Source: Octopus sinensis
Lineage: Eukaryota
Direction of reading: 5' to 3'
Assembly: GCF_006345805.1 (NCBI RefSeq)
Contig: NW_021832594.1
Coordinates: 43,612-107,611, forward strand
Length of the DNA: 64,000 bases
Shown here: positions 12,324 to 24,502 of the stretch, one piece after another
Layout: every line of letters starts with the position of its first letter
Numbering within the stretch: the first letter of the stretch is position 1
Notes under the pieces: model-generated
Seen by the model: only the letters and a program-made list of their open reading frames with translations
What the model was told of the DNA's origin: nothing
Database searches by the model: none
Made by a program: the position numbers and the translations under genes

Positions 12324-12410
12324 GGGAATGTCCCTTCATTAATTGGTTTACTAACGAAATATAAGATGCTGCAGCCTGATAAATTAGGGCTGTCACTTCC
12401 AAAATATCAA
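12324..12410 (+). CDS. CENPI: CENP-I exon e: GNVPSLIGLLTKYKMLQPDKLGLSLPKYQ
   Basis: ttttcag / gtaatt, 87 nt; resembles GMQPHLQALLSLYKFFAPALISVSLP. Confidence 0.92.
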
Positions 12411-12595
12411 GTAATTTTCTTTTTGTTTTTTCCATTTTTTTAACTATCAGTTTTACTTACACAAAGCTGCAAACACATAATGCTGTGCTCCAGCATGGCC
12501 TGAAATATATATACATAAATATTATTACTGCCATTTATTATCATTTTAAAGGCAGGTAACTGACAGAATTGCTTGCAAACCAGGCAAGATGCTTA

Positions 12596-13107
12596 CTGTA
12601 AATCCTTGAGTATAATCCGCATTTTTTCCCCAAAATTTAAAGGTCAAAATCCTTAGAGCATACTATGTACAAGGTTAAAAATGAAAAATATATTCTAAGC
12701 AATGTCCGAGTCTCTATTTGCTGTTTGGCAATGTTTATTCAGACGCATTTTGTGATGTCGGGCGCGAAAATACCTTAAGCTAAGCCTGAAAGCAATGAAG
12801 TCATAAAAGAATCATCTATAACTTGCAGTAAGCAACATTTATTAAAATAAAAGTATTCAGAACACAGAATAACATGTAACAAAAACAATTTGCAAACATA
12901 TTTACATTCCCATATAACAGTTAAGAACATCACCATTATTGTATTATGCATGCGCGGAAGTGTTTGTTCGACTGGCTTAATTACGCACGACTCAAGTTAG
13001 AGAAGGAGTGTGTATTATACACAAGGTTTAGGTTTTCCAGAGGTACAGCCCCCTAAAAATCTCCTGCGTATTATACTCAAGGGTGGACTATACTCAAAGA
13101 TTTACGG
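12596..13107. mobile_element. pogo/Tc2-like MITE (~510 bp), TIR CCGTAAATCCTCGAGTATA, TA TSD
   Basis: TIRs at both ends flanked by TA; second copy at 61759-62280 in opposite orientation. Confidence 0.88.
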
Positions 13108-13384
13108 TAATGGTATTTCTCCTGTCTCTTCACATCCCAAGTTTGTTATACAACCAACAACTATGTTCTTTTTTATTCATATATCAATTTAATATCACGC
13201 TATCGATATACAGCTGATTTAGTGCCTTTTGACATCTTTCTGCATCTCTATCTTCTCCAGGAAGCTATGCAATTCATCTTCTATGAGGCTAGTTAATTTT
13301 TCAAATAATAGTAAGCATGGCAAAACATAGATCTATATTTACTAATCTACCCTCGCTTTTCTTTATCCGTCTGTACTTGCACTG

Positions 13385-13860
13385 TATGCCAGGTACATGC
13401 ATCACAACCACACGTGCAAAAATGGTGACCTCCTATCAAGACAAAATGTGCATGACATTACAGGTGGGGACCGAGTTTGAATTTTCTTCGGATTGAGTAG
13501 CCCCTCATGCTCAAAAGGTCCCTGAATAAGTGCTGTTTAAGGCTAAGGAATAAAACACCTTTGTTTCCACGGGTGAATTATTCAAGCACCCCCCCCCCCC
13601 CCAAACCCTCTCAATACATGGCTATGATGCTCCCTCACTATTCTTGCTTTGATCAGAGATGCACATATCGTCAGCCACTAAGGGACATGCTCAACTGGTT
13701 GTGGTGAAACAGATGACAAGCAAATCTGTGGTATTACCGAACATGACATTTGCTGTGGTCCATTTTTTGTACCAAGGCAAAACCTGTTTATGTTAACACT
13801 CCCAATCAGTTAACATCAGAAGCCATGAGAACTGCTGCCTCTTATTGCATCGGGGCATTT
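13385..13860 (-). mobile_element. Interspersed ~500 bp repeat (family S4) bounded by (AAT)n
   Basis: Same sequence at 24905-25340 and 25355-25895; strand inferred from the (AAT)n tail. Confidence 0.7.
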
Positions 13861-14040
13861 ATTATTATTATTAGTAGTAGTAATTCCTCTTGCTCTTTAA
13901 TTTTTGAGTTCAAATTCCTCTAAAGTCAGCTTTGTCTTTTGTCCTTTCAGCATAAATAAAATAAGCACCAGCTTAGATGTAATCAACTAATCCTCCCCCA
14001 TTGAAAATTGCTGCCCTTGTGCCAAAATTTGAAACCATTG

Positions 14041-14075
<35 letters not shown>

Positions 14076-14102
14076 GTTGGTGCTCTCTATTCTACTTTTC
14101 AG

Positions 14103-14210
14103 CGCTTTTATAGATCACCAAATTCAAAAATGCAAAAGATTATCCAAGCTGTTCAGCTACGAAGGGGACTGGAATTAAAAGCTTTAGCACAGAAATCTGT
14201 TAATAGTCCA
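14103..14210 (+). CDS. CENPI: CENP-I exon f: RFYRSPNSKMQKIIQAVQLRRGLELKALAQKSVNSP
   Basis: ttttcag / gtaagg, 108 nt, open frame. Confidence 0.85.
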
Positions 14211-14698
14211 GTAAGGTTTTTTTCTTTTCTTTTTTTTTTCAATGTTTTTATCTGTCTTTGATTTTAAAAAAATACTGTCGAGATTAAGTTACATATGCTA
14301 ACATGCTAACTTAAAGATAGCATTTTGGCAGTGACATATATAAGTAAATCAATTATCCAGAGTATATTTTTTGTGTGAAGTAAGTAAAATATATTAAACA
14401 CAGTTGGAGAATGGCAGGAGCAGGGTTAAGAATTACTGATGTGGAGATTCCTGCAGTGATTAATCAACGGTCACCCTCATTCAGTACACTTTTGATCAAA
14501 GGCTTCCAACCACAATCATCTGTTCTCTTATATAGCGGAGACCACGACTGAGGCTGTTCCCATGTGTGGTTAGACACTGATGAGCCTTCATAGAAATTGT
14601 AAATACAAATTGAGATATTACAATAAGCTAAAAGTAGCTACTTGAACCATTTTGATTGACTTCGCGCACACACCACTTTTATTTTTTTCAGTATGCTT

Positions 14699-15052
14699 GT
14701 TTGAAGCGATCACTTCGGAAACAAATTTATGCAGATTGTAAACAAACACAAAATGGGGGATCAAAGTTTGGAAAATTTGTGAAGCAAATACTGGGTACTG
14801 TTGTGGATTTAGTTTTTATACAGGGAAACTAATGTTAGTCAGCACGGCTTAGGGTACGATGTGGTCTGGAAGTTATTGTTTGAAGCGATCAATGTGGAAA
14901 CAAATTTACGCAGATTGTAAACAAACACAAAATGGGGGATCAAAGTTCGGAAAATTTGTGAAGCAAAAATACTGAGTACTGCGGTGGGTTTAGTTTTTAT
15001 ACAGGGAAAATAATGTTAGTCGGCATGGTCTAGGGGACGATGTGGTCTGGAA
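14699..15052. repeat. Tandem duplication, two copies of ~179 bp
   Basis: gtttgaagcgatca at 14699 and 14878; the copies align over their whole length. Confidence 0.9.
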
Positions 15053-16559
15053 TTTATCACTTCCATACCATAACCAGGGCTGTATATTATTTTTTGACTG
15101 GTCAAACTTACGGTGGATTCCAGTATTTCAGTTTATTCCACCTTTATGGTACACCTGTTGTGCATTAAATTCAATTGATGATCTAGTGATGTGCACAATT
15201 CTTCTTTATCAAAATTTTGTTGCATCACCATTTGAATATTAGCTGATGATTCATTTTCTATGGTGATGTTTAAACAAAATTTTAATATTTTTACCTTTTG
15301 CTCAATTTACCTGGATTTACCTGTAATTAAAGTCACTTTGAGACAAAAGTTATGCAATAGAATTGATTAAGAACCCTTTCTTTAATTATGTTCCAAATAT
15401 CACATTAATATGTTGATAAGTAAAAAAGTTACAGTTATTTAATGAAACAAGCCTAAATTCATGATTATTTTAGAATTTAATTGAAATTCATGAGGGGTGT
15501 ATTTTGGTCAGAAATATTGTAACGAAAGGGTTAAATTATGATGATGTGCTTGAAAGGTGATGGTTGTTATTCTCCTTTCCAAAGTGAAGAAAACATTTGT
15601 TTATCTTTCATGATTTCATTTCCAAGATTCACAATGCCATATACCAGTGGTTCTCGACCATTTTTTTTATTTGTGGAACCCTTTGAGTTCTATTTTACTT
15701 GGGTGGACCTTCATTGCCAGTCAGTGTTTAAAAACATTTTTGTATTGTTTAAAACATGTATATATATTTTTATTATGTTTCTATTATAACGGTGATTATC
15801 TGGTTTATAATGGTTTTGACTTGGAAGAGATAATAAATATATATTTTTCTTGAGTAGGAATCTATGGTGATAAACGTGTCACTTATAACTTAATCATAAG
15901 CATTTATCACCATGCATAAGTCTTAACTGAGGCTGTATAACTGCTGTGGGGAATTATACACACCACAAGACGCTGAACATGCTTGCTTTTTGTTTTTCAC
16001 CTCTATAACAACAGTTTCATACTTGCAGAAATAAATTTCATCGACAGGTTGAAGAAAATGAAGAAAAAGAAATTATTTACTAAATTAGTTTGTTTACAGT
16101 ACATTTATAAGTCAAAAGAAAAATGTCATAGTGAATTACGACATAAAATTTATATTAACTAATTCTTCCATAACTAAGCTACAAGAGTTTTAAACAATTC
16201 AAAATAGCCTTGTTGAATTATATAAAAGACTTGGCATTGCAATGACCACTATCTCAAGTGAGTGAGTGCCGTGGAATTGAGTGACAACCAATGAACACTG
16301 ATTAATTTCCCCAAAATCAGGGTTTTTAAAGCTGTTCCTACCTGAATACTAAGAACTGTATTTTGTGAAAGATTTCTCTTTGATGAAAGTTAGAATTCAA
16401 ATATGGGCAGTAATTTTAACCAATAGGAAACTAATAATTATACCTATTCGGGCAACATGACCATTACATCATATTACCGCCGATAAGGGTTTATTAGGAC
16501 TTGCATCGTTACACTGTATTTAAAAACATTTTATATGTTTATAATTAAATATTATTAGT

Positions 16560-17082
16560 ATCCGAGTTGACAGTACCTTGGTAGATAAAGCAATTAAGAG
16601 TATGAAGACAGGTAAAGCCCCCGGCCCATCAGGAATCACTGCAGAGATGCTCAAAATATCTGGCAGTGTCGGCTATAGCCTAGTCAGCTGTATAGTTAAC
16701 CAGGTGATACACGAAGGAGTCATACCCAATGACTGGTGTAGCAGCACTATAGTCAATTGCTACAAAGGTAAAGGTAACGCTTTCGATACAAATAATTAGA
16801 GAGGTATCAAGATATTGGATCAAGTAATGAAGGTCATGGAGAGGGTTATAGCCCAACTAATTAGGGAGAGAGTCAGTTTACATGAGATGCAGTTTAGGTT
16901 CGTGCCAGGGAAAAGCACCCACTACACTCTCGGAGTGGTTGGCGTTAGGAAGGGCATCCAGCTGTAGAAACTCTTCCAGATCAGATTGGAGCCTGGTGCA
17001 GCTATCTGGTTTGCCAGTCCTCTGTCAAATCGTCCAACCCATGCCAGCATGGAAAATGGACGTTAAACGATGATGATGATGA
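16560..17082 (+). mobile_element. RTE derivative: RT N-terminal part joined directly to the 3' tail
   Basis: KAPGPSGITAEMLK...QFRFVPGKS, then aaaagcacccactacac tail and (GAT)n. Confidence 0.88.
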
Positions 17083-17242
17083 ATTGTATAAAAGAAATTT
17101 TAATATTTTGTGTATTATAGAAATATAACCAATTTATTGCACATGATTTGTTTAATGAGCAAAATCTCATATGGGCCCCACTTGAGAGCCACTGCCGTAA
17201 ACGTTTTATGAGGAATGTTACAAGTTTAGTAATGTGTCCTTT

Positions 17243-17408
17243 TCACTGAAACTTCTCAAGTTCTGATAGTGACTCAGCAATTAGAGCAAGGTCATCAGCA
17301 TAGAGGAGCTCCCAGGGGATCCTGTCTTGAATTCCTCCATTATTGCTTGGAGGACTATGATAAATAGGAGGAGGCTGAGGACTGAACCTTGGTGGACCCC
17401 AACCTCTC
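17243..17408 (-). mobile_element. RTE RT fragment containing YADD, ending ~35 bp upstream of CENP-I exon g
   Basis: PWELLYADDLALIAESLSELEKFQ in ORF 17243..17428. Confidence 0.85.
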
Positions 17409-17443
17409 TTAAAGTGAAATAATATCATTATCTTGTTTTTCAG

Positions 17444-17611
17444 GTTCGAAAGAAAGCCAAACTGAGTAAATTAATTCCTCAGGTTCAATCTTCAGTAAAT
17501 GATTATGTACCAACTTCTGATATTGTGAGGCCGGACCACTTTCCTGAAACTGTTTCATTCAACAGGATACTCACATTTGAAGACCTTCTTCAGTATATCG
17601 ATCAAATTCAA
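17444..17611 (+). CDS. CENPI: CENP-I exon g: VRKKAKLSKLIPQVQSS...ILTFEDLLQYIDQIQ
   Basis: tttttcag / gtaaga, 168 nt; resembles LQSFPQLLQNIHCLE. Confidence 0.9.
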
Positions 17612-17809
17612 GTAAGAGCAGCTTTTCTTCCTTATTTTCCTTCCCATTTTGATTAAATAAACCTTATGTGAGAAACACGGATTTAGGTAATTAACAAATG
17701 TTTCTTAAAGATAACACAGTCAATAAATAATGCAAGACATGTATAATGTGTGGGGGTTTATACTGGGTAATGTGATACTGAGGTATGTGATCCCTACTCA
17801 TAACTGCTG

Positions 17810-18166
17810 ACGGATCGGCTGTATGGTAAGTAGCTTGCTTACCAACCACATGGTTCCATGTTCAGTCCCTCTGCGTGGCACCTTGGGCAAGTGTCTTCTA
17901 CTATGGCCTTGGACCGACCAAAGCCTTGTGAGTGGAGTTGGTAGACAGAAACTGAAAGAAGCCCGTCGTATATGTGTATGTTTGTGTGTCTGTGTTTGTC
18001 CCCCCAACATCGCTTGACATCCCCGTAACTTAGTGGTTTGGCAAAAGGGACCGATAGAATAAGTACTAGACTTCCAAAGAATAAGTCCTGGGGTCGATTT
18101 GCTTGACTAAAAGCGGTGCTCCAGCATGGCCACAGTCCAATGACTGAAACAAGTAAAAGAGTAAAA
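17810..18166 (+). mobile_element. SINE S1
   Basis: Full body ending tgactgaaacaagtaaaagagtaa. Confidence 0.9.
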
Positions 18167-18737
18167 GTATAAGTTTGTGTTATTAGACCCTAGTAGTTCA
18201 GTTTGCTTTCAATTTTTATTACTAGTAACACTTATTGTGATTGTGTCTAGTGGACTTAGGCTTAGCTGACTCTTTAGTGTATGGCTGCATCAGATGCAGA
18301 GCAATTTTTTGATACAATAAAGAATAAGTGTTGCATATCTTTTATACCAATAAGTATCAGGTTGGAATGAAAGTTACGTCTGATTGTAAAGTTTTTATTT
18401 ATGTTTCTAGAAATATTTAATTATTCTCATAATGACCATTCCTTCATAGAACCTTATTTCATTTGTCAACAAGCTTATAGATGCTGTGATTGTAAAATGC
18501 TTTAGTTTTTGATGCAAAGTATGATACCAATTATTTTCAGCCTCTTCTCCTGATGTCAACCTAAGACCATCCAAGTGATTCTGTGATAATCATGGGGTGC
18601 AAGGACAGGAGAATATGGACGATGAAGCAATTTCTCTCAACAGAGCTCTTCCAAGGGATCTTCTGTCAATTGTGTAGTATGTGGGTGAGCATTATCGTGA
18701 TGCACACACACACATACTCACACACACACACACAAAC

Positions 18738-19180
18738 GTGGCGAGCTGGCAGAAACGTTAGCACACCAGGCGAAATGCTTAGCAGTATTTCGTGTGTCTT
18801 TATGTTCTGAGTTCAAATTCCGCCAAGGTCGACTTTGCTTTTCATCCTTTCGGGGTTGATAAATCAAGTACCTATTTCTTTACTACCCACAAGGGGCTAA
18901 ACACAGAAGGGACAAACAAGGACAGACAAACGGATGTCGATTTTATCGACCCCAGTGCGTAACTGGTACTTATTTAATCGGCCCCGAAAGGATGAAAGGC
19001 AAAGTCGACCTTGGCGGAATTTGAACTCAGAACGTAGCGATAGACGAAATACTGCTGACCATTTCGCCCGGCGTGCTAACGTTTCTGCCAGCTCGCAAGT
19101 ACTATTTAAGTACTGGGTTCGATCTAATCTACTGGCCGCCTCCCCAAAAATTTTGGACCTTGTGCCTGGAGTAGAAAAGA
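18738..19180. mobile_element. S2b (+) with S2a (-, 18872-19096) nested inside
   Basis: TSD AAGTAC at 18866 and 19097. Confidence 0.88.
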
Positions 19181-19544
19181 TTAACGTGATGCAGAATGAC
19201 TCCCTTTCTGTTAGGATGGGTGATTTTTGTCCAAAGCTGCTTTCAAACGATGAAGTTGATTGCAGTAAAGATTGGTGTCTAACAGTTTGTAATGGATAAT
19301 TTCCTGAATATTCCACCATACATTCCTCAGGATCTTCTTTGGATGAAGTCATCCTCTTGGTTGCTGAGCTGGTCTGCTTCCTCAACTGATTCATTGACAT
19401 CAATGTTAAATACTATGATAAAGGATCCACTTCTCAACACCAGTAACAAGCCTCTCCAAAAATGGCATGTGACACTTGTCGTGTAAGCAATGACTCACAA
19501 CAAGCAATAAATTGTTGCAGATTCTCTTGAGATGGGTCGTGCGG

Positions 19545-19800
19545 GACCTATTTTCCAACTACTGAAGCCTTGCCAATTCTTATCAGTTCGCATAGGATAG
19601 TTGTATGGCTTGCTTTGAATTTCTTGGCTAGTTCCCTAGCACTAGGAACAGGGTTTGCTGTGATAACATCTTCCAGCTCTTGGGAATCAAAAGCTTTCAG
19701 ATGATCTTTCTTTGGCTCATTGCCTAAGTTTCCACTTTGAAAACAGGGGAAACCAATTCCTGCAACTTCTTTCATTTACTACATCTCCTAAGTACTCTGA
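19545..19800 (-). mobile_element. Mariner transposase N-terminal HTH remnant
   Basis: NPVPSARELAKKFKASHTTILCELIRIGK resembles mariner HTH motifs. Confidence 0.55.
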
Positions 19801-20406
19801 ATGGAATTTGCTGCTGCTGCACTCACGTTGACACCTTTATGAAACTTGCATGGTAAAGCACATCTAATGTGTTCTTTGATTGAAGTGAACATCAAAGAAG
19901 ACTGTGAGCAATATTCTTTTAGCCTGAAAGAAGAAAATATAAATTACTCTTTGTTTCATTCCATGATTGACAACAAGAAGCAATACTTTAATAAATGTTG
20001 TCTAAAATTTCATTTAGAAAATCGAACTAAACTTTCATTCCAACCTGATACAATGCCGTATTTATGGCATAAAAGACACACCAGCATATTCAACACACCC
20101 TAATCTCAGCTGTGCCTATTTTGGAAAAAGTAAGCATCAGGAACGAAATTAGTTTATGGGACCTGGGGTCACTTTTTGAGAGCTTTCTTTTATTAAAAAT
20201 GTCTGTCTTCATTGGTAAATACAGTATTTAAACAGTATCGGTAAATACTGTTTATTTAAAGAATGCTGATCAGAAGAAATCTAACAATTAGAGCTAAACT
20301 TTTTCCAGGTGTAAAAAGTACAGCATGGGATCATTTGCAATGTTTTGTCAAAGAGTAAGTGATTCTTGGTCTTTTCATAAATATCTTTTTTAATCTTTAA
20401 TTGTAG

Positions 20407-20527
20407 CTCCCAATTCAAATGGGTTCTGTGATTGATAATCCGTTGCTTCAGTACCTGATCACATACAACAAAAACCGACACATAACAGGCCAGTTTAATT
20501 GGTGGCTCTACCACACTTGTTACGATG
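20407..20527 (+). CDS. CENPI: CENP-I exon h (phase 0-1): LPIQMGSVIDNPLLQYLITYNKNRHITGQFNWWLYHTCYD
   Basis: ttgtag / gtaagt; strong motif match LP.QMGSV..N.LL. Confidence 0.95.
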
Positions 20528-21079
20528 GTAAGTCTTCACAGGAATCTCTTTGAAGTCTCTTTTTAAAAAAAGACTTGTTTCATCTTTCATTTTTGTTCTT
20601 GTTTGCAGTGGTTTCTGTCTTTCAGTTGTGGCCATACTGGGGCATGCCCATCAAGGATTTTAGTTGATACACAAACAAACAACATGCATATATTTGTACA
20701 CATCCCTCTCTCTCTTTTGGAGAGGCACTGAGCAGCTATATGCACACATGCACACACGGCAGTAACATCCGCCTACCGAATTCAATCACAAAGCTTCGGT
20801 CTGCTCGGGGCTATAGCGGAAGACAACTACCCAAAGTGCCACGCAGTGAGCCAGAACATTATTGACAATGATTTCAAAGTTTAAGGTGATAGGCCATCGT
20901 CAGATAGTCCAACAATGGCTTAACTGGCCAAAACTTCAAAGTCTCTGTCAACAGTATACTTGTTTAAGAATTATAAATTTGTATTGTAGGGAAGTGGAAA
21001 GTAACCCATCAAATTAATGTGTAAAATTGTTTTCTTGAGGCAATCGAAATCGATCAAAAAAATCAATGGAAATTGTAGT

Positions 21080-21382
21080 TGTGATACCAGTGCCGGTGCC
21101 ACATAAAGAGATCCGTCCGAACGTGGCCATTGCCAGCGCTGCCTCGACTGGCCTCCGTGCCGGTGGCATGTAAAAAGCACCAACCAATCGTGGCCGTTGG
21201 TGTCACCTAAATAGCACCTACTACACTCACGGAGTGGTTGGTGTAAGGAAGGGCATCCAGCTGTAGAAACACTGCCAGATCAGACTGGTGTCTGGTGCAG
21301 CCTCCTGGCTTCCCAGACCCCGGTCGAACCGTCCAACTCATGCTAGCATGGAAAACGGACGTTAAACGATGATGATGATGAT
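21080..21382 (+). mobile_element. RTE 3'-tail copy with 2-3 array monomers
   Basis: gtgccggtggcatgtaaaaagcacc monomers, then the tail. Confidence 0.88.
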
Positions 21383-21439
21383 AAATGAATACCAAAATAA
21401 TCATTAACATACGTGTGTACATATATATGTGTGTGTGTG

Positions 21440-21470
<31 letters not shown>

Positions 21471-21471
<1 letters not shown>

Positions 21472-22639
21472 GGAATATGTACTTACATACAAGGCCAAAG
21501 AGGGTACGGACGTCGCTATATATATTATTTTATGTAGAAAAATACAAACTGGGACAAGAACGTAAAACATTTAGAAGACGATACAAAAAACACGGACGGG
21601 ACATTCGAAGCCTTCAATCTTCAGTCATGAACCAGATCATCGTAGCAATTTCGGCTGATTAATCTTGAGATCGCTCTGATCCGGCCAGCCCCAAGGAAAA
21701 ACTAATCTACGAGCATTAGATTTCTTGGAAGAAGGATCGAATGTATACGAAACAGGGACAGAAAAACGGACGATGCCACACGAATATAAAATACAAAAAA
21801 CAATAATGGTAAAAACAGGACAAAAACAGCGGGTATCTTACGACTAGTAAACAGTACAACAAGTTTAGCTGGCGTATTTGGAGAAAATGCCTTTATCGGC
21901 AGACGAAGACAACAGATCAGAGTAGAGTGCAAAGTGTGAAAGGCAGAGAAATGTTGGAGAGAGAGAGACAGTGTGTAGAGTCGTGCCAAATTTTATAGGA
22001 ATATGTACTTACTTCTTGACTGAAGATTGAAGGCTTCGAATGTCCCGTCCGTGTTTTGTGTATCGTCTTCTAAATGTTTTACGTTCTTGTTCCAGTTTGT
22101 ATTTTTCTACATAAAATAATATATATATAGCGGCGTCCATACCCTCTTTGGCCTTGTATGTAAGTACATATTCCTATAAAATTTGGTACGACTCTACACT
22201 CTGTCTCTCTCTCCTACATTTCTCTGCCTTTCACACTTTGCACTCTACTTTGATCTGTCATCTTCGTCTGCCGATAAAGGCATTTTTTCAAAATACGCCA
22301 GCTAAACTTGTTGTACTGTTTATTAGTCGTAAGACACCCGCTGTTTTTGTCCTGTTTTTACATTATTGTTTTTTGTATTTTATATTCGTGTGGCATCGTC
22401 CGTTTTTCTGTCCCTGTTTCGTATACATTCAATCCTTCTTCCAAGAAATCTAATGCTCGTAGATTAGTTTTTCCTTGGGGCTGGCCGGATCGGAGCGATC
22501 TCAAGATTAATCAGCTGAAATTGCTACGATGATCCGGTTCTTGACTGAAGATTGAAGGCTTCGAATGTCCCCTCCATGTTTTTTGTATCATCTTCTAAAT
22601 GTTTTACGTTCTTGTCCCAGTTTGTATTTTTCCACATAA

Positions 22640-22647
<8 letters not shown>
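21471..22647. mobile_element. Penelope-LTR-like element (family H3): ~526 bp unit present as 1.03 forward + 1.2 inverted tandem units, in (TA)n
   Basis: aggaatatgtacttac at 21471 and 21997; ttcttgactgaaga at 22013 and 22538; 22013-22647 is the reverse complement of the forward unit in permuted order. Confidence 0.8.
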
Positions 22648-22705
<58 letters not shown>

Positions 22706-22777
22706 GTACATATGTATGCCATCTTATCTCAGATTTTTATTCTTACTGAACCCAGTGTGTTTCATTTTCTTCTGCAG

Positions 22778-22860
22778 CTCTTCTAGAAAACAGTGTACCA
22801 TATTCTGATTATCTGGAAGAGTTTCTGTCAAAGTTAGCAGGCTTCATGCGTCGTGTTAAG
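22778..22860 (+). CDS. CENPI: CENP-I exon i (phase 1-0): LLENSVPYSDYLEEFLSKLAGFMRRVK
   Basis: ttctgcag / gtattt, 83 nt, phases fit both neighbours. Confidence 0.88.
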
Positions 22861-24071
22861 GTATTTATTTTTCCGTTTTTATTTTCCATGATTTTGATAA
22901 TTGTAAATTATTTTGAGGTCATTTCCTTTTGTAGAAAAGAATAAAAGTTCTTAATATTGGAGAACATTATTATTATAGATATTGCTAAATATCATTTACA
23001 TTGAATTATTGCTTTTGTTGGAAGTAATAGCAGTATCATTAAAAAAAATTTTTTTAGAATTCCTCTTTATTTTTGTCTAAATATTGCTCACTATTTAAAA
23101 CTTTGAATAAAGACTTTTCTACTCTCATACGTATATCTGTCCTCATATTCTAAGATCTGTCAAACATTGATTTTTCTTCTGTAAATGTCCTTTATCATAT
23201 TCCGTAGAGGGTACGAGAGAGCATGAGCAGCAGTTGTCTATAGAACAACAAAGCAGATCATAGCTTCTTTTGCATAAGGATATTTTGTTAACGACCAGTT
23301 TTGGAGCAATTTTCAACATTCTTTGACCGAGCAGCACTAACATATGTGAGAACTGTCTGTGATTTTTTGGCACTGAAGGACTCCAAAGGAGAGATATTTA
23401 GCTTCAGTTTTATGACAGCAATGAAGAGATAAATATGCTTTCACTGAGGTCAAGTCTTAAGATGATCTGGTACCTGCTCTTAACATTTAAGTAAATTGAA
23501 GCACTCTAAAAACCGTAATAAAGCACCAGCATTATATATGTATATATTCTTTTTATTTTTTTTCAGTCTAATTATTTTTAGACTGTTTTATTTCTCTTTT
23601 ATTGTGATGGTCTTTCTGTTCTTGCCTTTATGGCCACTGTGGCAAAACGTATTGGTGATAATTGCCATTTTCTTTGCATAATTAATTATTCGTTTCAATC
23701 ATTACATGTGATTTAGGACATATAACTTCTCATTAAGGCTACAAACTGGTACAATTGTTTGCAAGCTGAACAAAATGCCTAATGACTTTTTTTCTGGCTC
23801 TCTGCATTCTGAGTTCAAATTCTGGTGAGGTCAACTTTGTCTTTATACTCTTGGGGTTTGATAAAATAAAGCAGCAGTGAAGTATGAAATTGACTTACCT
23901 CCTCCCCTCAAAATTCCTGGCCTTGTACCAAATTTAGAATTATTTTAGAGAGAATGTAGTTTTAGACATAAGGCCTTTTTTTTTAGTTTTTTACCTCATT
24001 TTTCTTACAGAATTATTTTAGCATGATGGTGATGAATTAAATCATTTATATTTTATTTCTACCCCAATCAG

Positions 24072-24189
24072 GAAGGCACCCCAGCTATTGAATATTTTCT
24101 GTACCAGTTCCTTGATACCTGGGATGGATTTCATTTTAATCAGTCCATTTTTAAATTGATTCCACACATCCGAATACACAAGTTTTCAG
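24072..24189 (+). CDS. CENPI: CENP-I exon j (phase 0-1): EGTPAIEYFLYQFLDTWDGFHFNQSIFKLIPHIRIHKFS
   Basis: aatcag / gtaaat; conserved EG...E.FLY..L..WDG. Confidence 0.95.
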
Positions 24190-24502
24190 GTAAATATGGT
24201 TTTTAAAATGTAGTTAATATGATTTATGTTTTACTAATAATATATTTATTATATTTTGATTATCCTCAAAAAAGAACAGAAATAGAGAATGTCAAGATTG
24301 TTGACATGAAAGTGCAAATTCTGAACTCTGGAATGGAATAAAAAAAGATAACTGCCTTTTGAATTCATGGTGATATGTAAATCACTTTGATTGAACTTAG
24401 ATGAGAACTTTTTTTTTATTGGTGGTCTCCCGATAGGCTTCATTGTTAATGTTATTATTTTTGTTATTTCTTTAGCCAGTTTATCGCAACTATATTCTTT
24501 TT

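Noticed and set aside
16029-16047. Possible micro-exon ttgcag|aaataaatttcatcgacag|gttgaa
   Set aside because: 19 nt would shift the frame between phase-0 exons f and g; weak donor
22020-22045. Canonical hammerhead CTGAAGA-TTGAAGGCTTC-GAAT
   Set aside because: GAAT instead of GAAA, no G10.1-C11.1 register, and no adjacent stem III; only the permuted reading is kept, as a speculative finding
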